From Epiperipatus broadwayi (lineage: Eukaryota > Animalia > Onychophora), in assembly GCA_028023455.1 (NCBI GenBank), contig JAQFVV010000001.1:14260001-14324000 (forward strand): a stretch of 64,000 nucleotides of DNA. Direction: 5' to 3'. The notes below the pieces were generated by a model. That model was not told the origin of the DNA. It searched no databases and worked only from the letters and a program-made list of their open reading frames with translations. This document shows positions 13,801 to 27,701 of this stretch, one piece after another (the stretch's first letter is position 1; each line of letters begins with the position of its first letter). The position numbers were made by a program, and so were the translations under genes.

Positions 13801-15250
13801 CATTGATTAAGATAGCAGTGTTTTTTGCAGGACAATTATTTAAATAAGGAATGGTATATCAGTACTTAGATAGTACTTTAAAAATATTTGTATTAGTACT
13901 ATGACTAAATTTCGTTTCAGTAATTGCTAAATATATCAATATATCCTACTAAAGAACCTGATGAATTTATGCACTTTTGTCTAGGCATTTAGTTTTCTGT
14001 CATTAAGGATTGCAAATTTTATATCATTTCTGCCATTGTGTGGGATGCTGAAAATTGTATCCTTCTGAACTTATTTCATCTCATCATTTAAGTTGTAGAA
14101 TTTTTTTTGTGTATGTGTTTTGTCTTTTTTTGTTTATAGAATTGACTTATCTTTTGAGAATTTTTCCTTATCATCAGAGGATAATTCAAATAATGGTGCA
14201 TTTGGCCTGTTAGAGGTGTGTAATTTCTTTGACTTTAGATGAATTAATGTTGTCTTGAAATATTTCAATTTCTTGATTTATTATGTCTTTAGATTTAAAG
14301 TTAATAAAATAAGTCACTTTAGATGAATTGTTATCATTGGATTGCTCAAACTCATCAAAACTTTCATCACTGTTCTCAATGAGACTCTGAATTGGTATTT
14401 ACTTTAGCCATGGCTTGAGATCATGATGGATTAAGTGGCATAGGCCAACTGTGTCCAATTCTGTCAAGGGCAATTGGATGCAATATGCTTTGGTCTATAG
14501 CATTTAAAACAATCAGTCTTCCTTTGATGTGAACTGTATAGGGGAATATGTCTTAAGCTGTTTTATTGCAATTTTAATCACTCCATGTTTTTTCCAAGTC
14601 TTTGGAAAAGGTTTGTTGATCAAATCACATAGGTGTATGTATTATTATTCCTGAAATGATAGAGTTTGAGTCTTTAGAAACATAATTTTATTTCATTTAA
14701 TGTTTGAATAATGCTTTCTACTTTTTTTTGTCTTCCATTGTTAAGTATACAATTGTTAAAAAACCTTATGAGGATAAAAAGGAAGTGTAGTTAATTTTAT
14801 CAATTAAACCTGTTTTATCCAGAGGCTCAATATGATGTAAATATGAAAGATTTTAACAAATAAAAATACATTTGATGCTATATCTACATAATAGAAAACA
14901 TAGACTTTTCAAGCATCCCGGCATTACTAAATGGTTGTGCCAATCTTTTACTTAGTTTTGCAAAAGTATTGGCATTAATTTAAGAGTAGTTGCCTTCTTT
15001 TTTTTTTTTTGAACTTGCATTGAGTGTGGCTGGTCTGAGAGTATTAATCAGGGTTTTTTTAATCCATTATTTTACTATCATATGAATCTATGCATAGTTT
15101 TGTTTCTTTATTAGTATCTTCAGGAAATCATCTTTATGAATATTGATTCTTTTCATTTTCATGTTTCTCAAATGTTAGTTGCTATTTTTTACTATTCATA
15201 AGCATTTCATTGATATACTCCTTTTGTCTTTAGTTTCTATAATGTTTTTA
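10850..15250 (-). mobile_element. Degenerate, near full-length L1/Tx1-like LINE
   Basis: Motifs in the expected order on -: ORF1 knuckle CFKCYRPKHIASNC (14511-14470), APE-like IIVLQ (13839-13825), NPLSPLLYLL (about 12340), LAYVDDVII (YVDD at 12240-12229). Boundaries approximate. Confidence 0.65.
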
Positions 15251-15469
15251 ATATCACTATCTTTGAAATTAATATTTTTTATATGGGTTCATCTTAGTAT
15301 TGATGCTTTCGATATTTAAAAAATTTTTTTTAAAGTTTTCTAACAAATGTTGACATATTTCATCAAGGATTAAATTACTAAAATTCTAATAAATGCACAA
15401 AAACCAATCGAAAAGTTAGCTATTTAACAATATTAAACATTGCACATACTAATTGATTATATATATATT

Positions 15470-17745
15470 TGCCATATCATCAAAAGTATTTTGTCAACTG
15501 GACAGATCCAGAGGGTAGTCACATCATCAAATCATCCATTTTTCCATTCCCTTCCTTCCCAGCTCTTCAATTCTACATAACTCTTCCCATCTCTTATATC
15601 ATCCAACAATATCAACCTCTTCCATCCTTTCTTCTTACTTCCACTCATCATTTCCTTTAAAACCTCTTTCATTAAACTATAATTTCTTCTTAACATATGT
15701 CCAATCCAATTTCTCTCTCTGATTTCCTCAGTCAATCTTCTTTTTTCATTTATTCTTTTCAAAACTCATTCATTTTATTCATGCCATTGATTTTTTTCTA
15801 TTCTTCTTCATGCACACATCTCAAAAGGGTCCAATTGGTTTCTAATTTTATTACTCATTGTTTACGTTTCACAATCATACATTAGTATACTCCACACATA
15901 GCATTTAATTAATCTTTTTCTTAATTCTCTTTTCAAAGGTCCACAAAATATCTTCTCTTAATAAATGCCTCGATTGCCATAATTCGTCTTTTAACTTCAT
16001 CTTCTTCCATCCTCACTCAATTAATTAACCAAATATCTAAATTCCTTTACCTGTTGAACTATGTTATCGCAAATTTCAATTTGCAGTCTTTTTGCATTTT
16101 TTCCTATCCATAAATACTCTTCTCAACATTAATCATTTCATACAGCCTTCTTCCAATTTATTCAACTTATTCCAAAGACACTTTTCATCCTCAGCTATGA
16201 GAGCTATATCATCTGCAAATCTTATACATTTTATTACTCTACCACTACCATTTGCTCCTCCACAGTCTAAATAATTATTTAGCATGTCTTCTAAATAAAT
16301 ATTAAAGAGATCAGGTGACATACTGCATCCTTGCCTAACTCCACTTTCTATACTCACTTCATCAGTCTCATTATTCCCCAATTTAATTCTTATTCTTTGT
16401 CCAGTATACATATTCCAAATCAATCTTTCTCTCTTTCCAAAATACTCCTTTATCTTTTAGGATGAACGTAAGTTTATTCCAGACTACTTTATTAAATGCT
16501 TTTTCCAAATCTACAAAACATATACCAATTCCTTTATCTTTTCAATATATCTCTCTGCAATTGTTCTAACACCACCTATAGCATCTCTTGCATTTTCCCC
16601 TCTCTGAAACCCAAACTGTTCTCCAACAAAATACTTTACCTTTCCATAAATTCTTTGAGTTAAAATCCTCTTATACTTTAGAAGCATGAGATAATAAACC
16701 TATTGTTTTATACTTTTCACATTTAACAGCTTTCTTCTTTTTAGCAATTGGAATCATTATAGTTCTTAAAAAATCTTCAGGCCAAACTCCACTGTTATAT
16801 ATCAAATTGCAAAGTCCAACTATTTCCTTCATAGTAAATTCTCCCATTTCTTTCAAAAATTATATAGGTATTACATCAAATCCAACAGACTTACTATTCT
16901 TCATTTGTGCAATTGACTTTATTTCATCTGGCAATATGTCCATATCATTATCATCTATTTCAATATCTTCTTCATTTGCAAGTTCATAATTAACTATCTT
17001 CTCTACTAAATATTTTGAAGATATTCTTTCCATTATTGGTCAGTTAATCTCTTTCTATTATTATCTGCAATTTCAGTTGCTACTCATGTCTTTTTCTCTC
17101 AAGTGACATTTCGTATTCTGTCAAATACCAGATATCTTTTCACCTGCTGAAGCCTTTCTATCTCTCTACATTCTTGCTCCCATCATTTTTCATTTGCTAA
17201 ATCTGTTTCTCTTCTTAACTCATTATTATTTTTTTCTATATCCACATTACCCTTCCTTGGTATTTACATTCTTCCATCTTCTCCATACTTCCATTTTTTC
17301 CAACATACTTTCAGTTATCCAAGGTCGTTTAGCTTTCCTTATCTGAATAATACCCATTTCCTTTTTTTCTATTTTTAAGAATCCTTATTTATTACATCAA
17401 CACTTATCAGGACTATTAATATATTCCTTATCTTGAACAATCCGTTTTATTTCATTTTCACATGCTAAACCAAATTTTCCTTTTTCCATTTCTATCAATT
17501 TATCCAAGTCTCATTTTACATATTTTTTCCCTCTTTTAATTCTTTTTAAACTCAACTTTAATTTAACCATAACCAAATTATGATATGAATTTATATCAGC
17601 ACCAGGCAAAGCATATGAACCCTTACTAGCATTCTTGTATCTACCCTGAATTAATTTGATAATATTTTCTATCACCCGGAGCTTTCCATGTATATAATTT
17701 TCTAATACAGTTTTTAAAACAAGTGTTTGCCATATATGCAAAAAT
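15470..17745 (-). mobile_element. 5'-truncated RTE-clade LINE, frameshifted
   Basis: ORF fragments: PGADINSYHNLVMVKL (endonuclease end), WPEDF..IPIAKK..CEKYKTIGLLSHASKV, GVRQGCSMSPDLFNIYLE..RFADD (RT), WIGHMLRR (RTE C-terminus). Confidence 0.9.
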
Positions 17746-17762
17746 TTATCTTTTTATTACTT

Positions 17763-18101
17763 AATATTCAATTTTATTTACTAGAGCAAAGATCATACGT
17801 AATTTAAACAGAAGTGAATTGCACCCTAAGCATATGTGCTGTAACATTGTTATAATAGCTCAACAATGGCTTGTTGAATACTGAGGATACTCTCAAACCA
17901 AAGCACAAGATAGTTTTGAAAAGATAAGCCTATATATAACTGAAATTTAGATACAAAATATAAGACAGCTGCTCTTATCTTTTTAAGTCTTTATCTTGTG
18001 CTTTGGTTTGAGGTATCCCCAGTATTCAATAAGACATTGTTAAGCTATTAAAACAATGTCACAACATGTGGCTAGGATGTAAATCTCTTCTGTTTAAATA
18101 A
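17763..18101. mobile_element. Family F2-related fold-back insertion with 13-bp TSD
   Basis: TSD ctttttattactt at 17750-17762 and 18102-18114. Inverted arms 17803-17935 versus 17985-18098. Shares ataagacagctgctcttatct with 296-316. Confidence 0.82.
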
Positions 18102-18439
18102 CTTTTTATTACTTGTATGTATAACAAAAAAAAAAAAAATTGAATGTTTGTAGATTAAATATCCTTAATTAAAATCTGAATGTTTTTTCTTTAAAAAAAG
18201 AAAAGGGTGGAACTTTAGATAGAGTGTAACATATTGATAATTAAAAGGAATGAGATGATAATGAACTAAAGTTCAAGAAGTTAGTTATTTGAGAAGTAGA
18301 TCATATATTATCATTAAATATAAATATATTTAAAATGAATAAGCATCTTATCCCACATATTATTTAAATTTAATAGAATTTCAACTTTTTTGTTTAATAA
18401 AAGAATTATTTTATTTTTTAAATGTAAATTACTTATTAG

Positions 18440-18585
18440 ATGCTCCAGAGATTGGTAGTGTTGCAGGAGGAGGTCGTTATGACAATTTAGTTGCAGAAAT
18501 AGATCCTAAAGGAAATCTTGTTCCTTGTGTAGGCATAAGCATTGGATTTGAAAGAATATGTTTTTTATTGGAGAATAAATTAAAG
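18440..18585 (+). CDS. HARS: Histidyl-tRNA synthetase exon with HisB motif and motif 3
   Basis: ttattag| acceptor, |gtaagc donor. Reads (D)[48 protein letters not shown]; phase matches the previous exon (G+AT). Confidence 0.95.
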
Positions 18586-18699
18586 GTAAGCATAAAATTT
18601 AATTTGATCACATACCTTTTAAATCTTTTCCCCCTAAGTTATAAAAAAAATCATCAATCTTCAATTTTTTTTGTATTTCAAAAGACCTATCAGATTTTA

Positions 18700-20350
18700 G
18701 ATAGTGTGGATTGAGTTAATCATTCTGTCAGTGATCTTTTAGTCTATATTTTTCACTTGTGATATTCAAGAAGTGAAATGTTGAAAAAAAACCCTCAAGA
18801 TATTATTCTGGAAATATCCAAATCTTTTAGTCAAATTTATTATAAATCATTTTTTAACAAGTTCCATTAAGATTTACCGTTCAAATGTACAGAATATCTT
18901 TTATTTTATTTTATAACTACTCTTATAAATTACATTTATTCTTATATTAATGATTTATTTACTTATCATTTGTCCAGTTAAATATTTTCTCACACAAATC
19001 TATAATTGTGTATACAGTCTATTCATAGCCACATACATTTATATACTTCTTATATCTTTTCATATATTTTTTCTGAGAATATTTTATTTACCATCTCCAA
19101 AACAAACGTCATCTTTGTAAGCCCTTATTTAAAAATAATTAAAGTTTATATACAAATGCTTTGTTTGTGAATGTTCAATGTATTTGGTTGAATTATTTAT
19201 GCCATTTGATGATTTTCAATTTAACTAGGCATAAGTCATAATTCATTCTCTTTTTCAGAGAGATCATTAATAGCTATCCAATTATATTTTCTGATTCTTT
19301 TAAAATTAAAAATAACAGTGATTTTTCATTTCTTTTTATATCCAATTATAAACAATGCCTTAAATATCATCTCTTAAAATAATCATTCACTTGAATAATT
19401 TGCGTTTTTAATATGTACAAAAAAAAATAATTCACTTATTATTATACCAGTTTTTATATTATGTGTTACACATCAAAACCACTATTATTAAATTAAATTG
19501 CCAGCTAAAAATTAATTATTCATAATAAAACATTTTATCTGAATACTAATCGATAGCATTTTTTAAATGTCAGTTATATCTAGATATGTGTGTATATGTA
19601 TAAAAAGGAAGCATAACTAGCTGAGCTTAATCCGTTTTCATATCCCAATGTATATGTAAAAATTTCATAACTTCATTTATTAGTTTCTATTAGTGGTGCT
19701 AAATATTTATTGGATGAATTTAATGTATAGTATATAACAAATTATTTTTAAATCTTTGATGCGAAATAAAATTTAAATTTCAAATTGTAGAAATATTAGG
19801 CAGACCTCATAAATAAAAACTGCATAAAATAAATAGCATTTATAGCATATGTTTTGATGAAAATATCAAGCACTTTTTTTAGTTTAAATTTGCTGCTCAA
19901 TAGATGAAGACCTTAAAGTCTGTTCTGTATGAATTTGTCTAACTAATGAGTCAAATTCTTGATTTGAAGATTTAGATTCACCAATAATAGAAATTTGTTA
20001 TGAAAGTTGTAAAGATAATATACATTGTATATTCTTCATATTAACTTTTATCTTCATATTTCAAGTATTTTAACTGGTTTCATTCATAATTATATTCTCA
20101 ATGATTGCCAAAATAACTTCTCTGATTTTAAATTCATTTTATGTTGAATGATTTCCAGTCATGAACATATATAATAATAAGCACTCCTTAATAATGAGTC
20201 CTTGATTGCATTATATTTGGAATTCAAAAAACCTTGGGTCAAAAGTGTTAATCACATTGTGGAATTTGTTAAATTTATTATAAACACAAAAAATTATAAT
20301 TTTGTATACAAAAAGTGATTCTGTATCGAGTTTAGAGCATTGTAAATTAT
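18700..20350 (-). mobile_element. Degenerate LINE RT relic
   Basis: AYKDDVC (YxDD motif) at 19119-19108 on - within decayed coding-like sequence. Limits approximate. Confidence 0.4.
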
Positions 20351-20682
20351 TGCAGAAAATATTATTGAATTAAAATTTAATTATTTATTTAAGGAACATG
20401 ATGAAGGAATAACATATTCTTTCTCTATACATAATTTCCTGTGTGGATGCCCAGGCACTTGGGGGTCACTAATTAAAATGCAATCACTATACATATAATT
20501 AAACTTATATTATTCATTCTATAAAAAACATTTTTCAGTTTTCTTGATCATTTTGAAAGTATTGATTTTATCTTACATATAACATAAAAAATGAAGATAT
20601 TTTTCAAATGAGCAGTGAATGCCAAAAAAAAAAAAAAAATATTTAGAAAAAAATATTTGTAACATTAGTTTAAAAAATTGAT

Positions 20683-21300
20683 TATTGAAATTAAACTGAG
20701 AGCTGCAAATCTCTCAAGCGCTTGTAACTATCAACAGCCAATCAGATCTTAAACATTAACAAGAAAAGGGTGGTTCCACCCTCTTCTTTACTTGTCTATC
20801 TATATATCCAAGCCAGTCTAAAGTACTTAGATCTGAAAGCGTGAATCTTAAATATTTTCACACTCAACTCATTGAGTTCAAGTTACAAACATACAGCATG
20901 AAATCTTTCGATTTACTACGAAGTAGTTTTCCGATGTTATAACTTGCAGCAATATATGTAAATAATATTTATTTTTATCAAGCGCAGATGGTATTGAAAT
21001 TAAACCGAGAGCTGCAAACCTCTCAAGCGCTTGTGACTATCAACAGCCAATCAGATCTTAAACACTGAGACAGAGAATTTAACAAGAAAAGGGTGGTTCC
21101 ATCCTCTTCTTTACTTGTCTATCTATATATCCAAGCCAGTCTAAAGTACTTATATCTGAAAGCGTGAATCTTAAATATCTTCATACTCAACTCACTGAGT
21201 TAAAATTACAAACATACAACGTGAAATCTTTCGATTTACTACGCAGTACTTTTCCGATGTTATAACTTGCAGCAATATATGTAAATAATATTTATTTTTA
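20683..21300. repeat. Head-to-tail dimer of a ~309-bp F2-related monomer
   Basis: Units start at 20683 and 20992 and are highly similar (the second has a 16-nt insertion). Shares ttagatctg..agcgtgaa and gaaatctttcgatttac with the 39.7 kb family. Confidence 0.85.
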
Positions 21301-22254
21301 TTCTAAAATGAAAAAGATTAGAGATAAAGGAAAAATAAAACAGCAAACATGAATAAAATTGTCAAGTTGAACAATATATATATAGAGAGATGACCAACAC
21401 CAAATTGAGTAAGGACAGTAAGAATTAAAAGAAAAAATATTATCTAAAATAATATTTGTAAAAAAAGTTAAACAGAAATATAACAAACTTAAATTTCAGA
21501 TGGAATTTAATTAAGTTAAGAATCGATAGTCTTCACTAAAAATAAGATAGCAATATTCATAAAAAACAGTATTTGTTTATGGTAGGAAATTAATTTTTGA
21601 TCTAAATAGAAAAGAACATTTGTAAAAAGAAACTTCAGTAATAATCAAAATGATTACCCCACAAAAGATTAAGAAAAAATTACCACATACATATCTTGAT
21701 AAAGGTATACTTTTAAAGAATTTCAATTAAAAATCATTTCACTAAGCTTTTTTTATTTTGCCAAGGAAAATATTGAATTTTAGAATTAAATATTCACTTA
21801 GTAAACATTGCCTCACAAAACTAAAGTGAAAGTTTCATGCTTAAAATATTAATTAAACTATAAATTGGTTTAAATGTAATAAAAAGATTATTTACATTAA
21901 GGAGAAAAAAAAAATGTATAAAATAGAAACCTGAAGTACACTTATGAGAGAAAAGCTATACAAAGCATCTACCTAAACATTGATAATCCATTTGAAAATT
22001 TTAGAAAAAAAATCATTTGAAGACCAAGAATTATACTACGACAGAATTGATTATAAACATCTGAATTTCCAAATTTCTCAGTAAATCAAAAAGATCTAAT
22101 TTCATATTAAAAATCATAATGTTCAGAATTATATATTGAGTTTAATGTTTATTAATTAAATCAATTCCTCTTTTCTTTACAATGTGAAATTTCTCTCATT
22201 TTCAAAGTGCAAAACTAAATACATAATGTAATATTTATATATACTTTTTTTAAG

Positions 22255-22371
22255 GCTGATGATAGTACCATTCAGACTTGTGAAACACAGGTTTATGTAG
22301 CATCTGCTCAAAAGAATTTTCATGAAGAAAGAATGAAACTGTGTAAAGATTTATGGAATGCAAATATAAAG
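22255..22371 (+). CDS. HARS: Histidyl-tRNA synthetase exon, start of anticodon-binding domain
   Basis: tttaag| acceptor, |gtatc donor. Reads ADDSTIQTCETQVYVASAQKNFHEERMKLCKDLWNANIK (117 nt, phase 0-0). Confidence 0.93.
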
Positions 22372-23007
22372 GTATCTTCTCTATTTATATACATTTATTT
22401 ATTTATTTTTTGACCATTTCAAATATTTTTAATAAATTATGATTAAATTTTTGTAAAATTTAGTTGAAAATTATTAAGTTTAAAATTTCCAAAAATTGTA
22501 TTTAACTGAAATTTATTATATATAATAAGTATGAATTAATATGACTAACCATGGACAAATTTTTAAGTAGATCCTATAACAAAGTGTAATATGTGATCAC
22601 AATTAATAGTAATTAACATACTTTGATAGTTTTCCAAGTACTTAGATAATTCCATATCATTTTTTAATATATGAAGAAATTATTCCTAGAAAATCAAAAT
22701 ATGGATGATTGACTTTCTAGATATAGAAATTAATATAGTCAGTTTACTCATAAAAGTTACTCTGATAACTATGAGAATTGTATTTTTATTTATTTTGAAA
22801 AGGGCGATTCATTTCTTGATAAAATCACTTAAGTAAATCATGAACATTGGCAAGATTTGGTTTGCCAAAGAGTTTATTTTTTTATATAAATTTAGTACTT
22901 TATAATGCAGTAAAATTAAAAATGATGTAGGTTTTTATCAACATTGTAATCTAAGAATTGGGCTTAAAAATGCAAAACTTTACTATGTAAAATATTTTTC
23001 TTTTCAG

Positions 23008-23154
23008 ACTGAATTATCATACAAAAAAAGCCCTAAATTATTGGATCAGTTGCAATATTGTGAAAAAAATAATGTCCCACTAGCAGTTATTGTCGGGGAG
23101 GAAGAACTTAAAAAGAATGTTATTAAAATCAGACATGTCATGGAAAGAAAGGAG
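23008..23154 (+). CDS. HARS: Histidyl-tRNA synthetase exon, anticodon-binding domain
   Basis: ttttcag| acceptor, |gtaatt donor. Reads [49 protein letters not shown] (147 nt). Confidence 0.95.
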
Positions 23155-23189
23155 GTAATTATATATATTGTATTTGTATCTGTATTAAG

Positions 23190-23232
23190 ATGTAGTGATT
23201 AGTGCATCCTGCCATGACTGTAGTTTGAATCC
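23190..23232 (+). mobile_element. tRNA-derived SINE head relic
   Basis: A-box-like tgtagtgattag and B-box-like gtttgaatcc. Confidence 0.35.
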
Positions 23233-24599
23233 AATGAAACTGAAATTTTTTCAGATGGATTAGGAATTTTCTTTCGAGTAGTCAATCTATATCAACCCAT
23301 TCAATTATTGGTTGATAAATAAGTACCGAATTACTAGCCAAAATACAACCAAAAAAGAAAAAATACTAAACTCTTATAATAGTTGACTAGTTTAATGAGT
23401 ATAATCTTCTGTAGTGACATTCAAGGAGGCATTTATCCTGCAATAAGCTAGTTAACTTCATTTTTTATCTTTCATCTATTTGTCTATTTACAAGCTTTCT
23501 TTGAAATATTTTTTATCCTTCATAATTCCTAGGCTTGCTGAATATTTTAATAAAATTTTGAATAAAACCACATTTTTGAGATCACATTTTAACTTTTTTT
23601 TTCCAGTGGATTTTTCTAAAATCTCCTTAGCCACTTATGAAATTGGTAGCATCAGTTGTTCCTTTTCCACAACACTTATTAGTTTTGAATGGATCACAGG
23701 AAATTTGGAAACTTTCTTTTCTAGAAATAAGCTTTTTGTTTTAGCTAAATATCTATTCATTCACTTAACACAAGCAAATAGAATATACATATTAGCAGAA
23801 TTTTAATATATATATACTTACTAAAAGTCATTAAAATAATTGTTTAACAATGTATTCATATATATGACTATAATGATACTATTTTGCTTTATGACATATA
23901 TTCTCATATTTGAGACAGTAAAACTTAGTAGACAGAAATATTTCTATACTCCTGCCATGTGTGTGTCATGTGACATCTGTTTTGATTTTGTGTGTGTGAA
24001 TGTGTATATATATGGAACTAAGAATATGAAGAAAATTTAATTTAAAATGCCACTTAAAATATTAATAATTTTAATTGTACATAAAAGATTTTTACTGCTG
24101 ATCAAATATGTAACGTGTAGGAATATAAATACTTCATGGAAAATGTATTTGCACGTTGTATTTGGACACGATTGTTCTGTGAAGTACTACTTAACATGCA
24201 TATCTGCTTTTTATTTAAGGTTTTATCCCATTTAAGAATTTTAGTTATTATATATGATTATCTGAGATGATTCATTTATGAATCATTGTTTAATGACTTT
24301 TAAAAAATTTCCCAGCATTAGCATTTACTTGATGAAGCACAAGTTCCCTTTTTTAAAGACTTTTAGAGTAAATAGATTTTATAAATAGAAAGTATTCTAT
24401 AAATAAGTAAGTAATATTTTGTATTAGAAAATGAATCCTAATCAACATTGGTCTTCTTACATCTGTGCATATTGAATTAAAGCTATTTTTAAACTTCTGC
24501 TATCTAAATTGCATTAATTGAAAGAATATCAACTATATATATATGAATTCAGCATGCTACATTTGACATAGAGGAAACTTATAAGCAGTAATTAACAGA

Positions 24600-26600
24600 T
24601 GAATTTAGTTGTATAGAATATTTTTAATCTTATCAAAAACATTTTAAAATTGTTTTGAGAAATTTTAATGCTAGAATTGGAAAACAGAATATGAAAATCT
24701 TATGAATAAGTTGAGATATGGATAAATAAATGAGAAATGAAATAGACTTGAGGAAATTTGCTAAAAAAGAAAGTCTGTGTATTATGATTTTTTTTTTTTG
24801 AGAAAAATATGAAGTGGAACTAGACATTGAAGCATCCAAATGAAGGTACAGAATTACTGAATTATATATTGACCAACAACAAATATGCATTTAAGAACTG
24901 CAACTATATTTAATAGATTAAGAACAGAAAGAGATCATCAATTAGTGAGAAATATGAAACGTTAATGCAAAATTAGAAAAAGAAAAGCTATTAAAAAGGA
25001 CAGTATTTAACAATTAAAATCCTAAACTTTCAGAAACACTCCAATGAATTTAAAATAGAATCAAATCATTTAAAAATATTATTATTCTTTGATGATGAAT
25101 CAAACTTGAGCTAAATGAATAAGGATAATTGTTATTCTATTAAGAACTGCTACACAGATAGCTTGCCACAAAAAAAGGAAGAAATATAATATTTAAAACG
25201 ATTCATTTAGCATAATCAAATATCTGTAATTTTGGAAAATAATACAAAAAGTTAATTAATGATCTAAAGAAATCTGACTAAATTAGCAAGGACTTAGAAG
25301 TCTCAAAAGCATAAAACATTTTAGTATTAGGAAAAAGTTATTTAGTAATAAGCCTCATACCATTTGTAGTAGAGTTTGACAAAGAACTCTATAGCAATGA
25401 AAGGCAAGAAAAGAGGATAGTCCTTATAATTATATATTATGAAATGCCAAATATATGAAAAATGGAATAGCTCCAGGAAATAATGGAATCATTATTAAAA
25501 TATCTTAAAAGCAAATTAAAAAAAAATTGCGAAATTGTTAGCAAAGTTATATACTAAATGATAAAAATGCACCGGGTGTTTGGAAGAATGCAGTTAAAGA
25601 AAGATGGAAAAAAAAAAGTATTAAAATTACAACAAATACTAGTCTTCTAGCAATTCTATGCAAGATCTTTACTATGATCATTATAACCCACCTACAGAAA
25701 ACTGAATTCAAGCCAACCAAAATAACAAGCTGGATTTAAGGATGTGAGAGTATGAACTGCCAGTATATTTTAGTTTTATGGTCTTTTGAAAAGATATTAT
25801 ATTCTATAAGCATTTCTGCATAATTAAAGCTTTCTAATCATCAAGATACTAACCCAGATACTATCAAATTTTAAATAATGTTGATCAAAAATGCAATGCA
25901 GTGATTAGAGTATATTGCAACATTAATGATAGGATTATTCTATAATTCCAAAACTTTTTATCGCAGTTTTAGGGGAAATATTTTATGGATTGAAATGGAA
26001 AACTAAGAGAATAAATGGATCTTATTTATGTCATCTAGATTTTACAGATAATTATAATTTCTTTAAAGCTTCAAGAAGTATAATATTGCTATCAAATTAA
26101 AACAAGAAAGCAAGTCTGAAGATAAAGTCTAAAAAGACTAACAATAATGTGCAATGATTTTCACATACAAAAAGATAAACATTATAATAATAAATTAGAA
26201 GTTAACAACTACAAATATATTGGTCAGATTATTAATACAAATGGAAAAATAATGAATGAAATTAATCATAAAATTAAACTTGGATATTAAGATTTTGGAA
26301 GAAATAACTTAATATTCTAAGAAAATATGCCTATATATTTAAAAAAAATCTTTTTAATACATGTGTTTTATCACTTCTTTTAAATAGATCAAAAGATTTC
26401 AAGCCATTTAATGAAGTATGAGGAGATATATAGTGGGAGTAATAAGAAGGGATAGAAAGCAAAATACTTGGGTGAAAGAATAAGTATCATTGATAAAATT
26501 TAGAATTCTGAAATAGAACTGCAATTGTATATATTGCTGGGTTTCATCCTATCTCCTATAGAGACAATTAAAATCTTGAACCTAATAAGATTGTAAAAGA
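24600..26600 (+). mobile_element. Heavily degenerate RTE-like LINE
   Basis: Decayed motifs in order: ILCKIFTMII, CHLDFTDN (compare HLRFADD, about 26040), YKYIGQII. Confidence 0.55.
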
Positions 26601-27355
26601 CCTAGAAAGAAATCGTGTGAAATGGATCGATGAGATAATGAAGTTTGCTTCAGTAATATTAAGAAGAGAATCTATAGAATGAAGATCTAGATTACATTTG
26701 GAGACCATCCTGCAGAAGAATGATAATGGTTGAATATGATATAATGTAGATATTTTTAAAAATGTATAAGCATATCTATGATACAATTAAATTTAAGAAT
26801 TATGCACAATAAGATATCAACAAATATATAAAAAAGCAGTGAAGTAATGAATTGGAAGAGAGAATACATTTACATATGTGTATATTCTGATAACTAATTT
26901 GCACAAACATCCCACTCAAAATAGATTGGAAAATCATAATCCTGTAAGAGCCATCCATCATTGCACATGTTTAATAGATTAAAATATGATAATGGCTTGT
27001 TAAGAAAAAAAAGTTCATTATTTTCTCTTTATAAAAACTAAAATAAGTAGAACTAAATATCACATCTTTTTCCCTTTTATTTGAAAAAATAAGAATGTAC
27101 AATTGTTTTTATGATACAATGGAAAAGATAAGTGTTTATATTAATTAATATAAATAATAAGTTGCTTCCTTATATCACAAATTCTAAGTATAACGTCAAA
27201 ATTAGAAAAATTATAGTTTTCTAATACTATTTATTATTCCAATAGATCTATATGAAAACTTTCTAATTGGAATAAATTAATTTGAATAAAGCTAATTATT
27301 TATTAAAATTTTCTCTTATAAAGTAGGGCCATCATATTGTCCAAAAAAAAACCCA

Positions 27356-27701
27356 AAAACATATGGTTTTATTATTCAGGAGTTCATAAGAAGTTGGAGT
27401 ACTAGAATCGATCCTAGGACCTCGCAATCTCAAGTTGGACCTCTACCAATATGCCAAACAGTGCAGGGCAATAAAAAAGGCATATGATCTTATTGTTCGG
27501 GAGTTCATAAGAAGTTCGAGCACCAGAATTGATACTGGGATCTCCCAAGTCAGATCCTATGCCAAACTACACTGGATAAAAAATGCATATGGCTTTATTG
27601 CTTGGGACTTCATAAGAAGTTCAAGTGCCAGAATCGATCCTGGGACATCCCCATCTCAAGTCAGACTGCTCTACCAATTGCGCCAAACTGTACAGGGCAA
27701 T
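27356..27701 (-). repeat. Three tandem ~105-120 bp units, each with a tRNA-like (SINE) head
   Basis: Unit 3 on -: TGGCGCAATTGGTAGAGC (A box) ... GGATCGATTCT (B box). The shared core gttcataagaagtt occurs three times. Confidence 0.7.
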
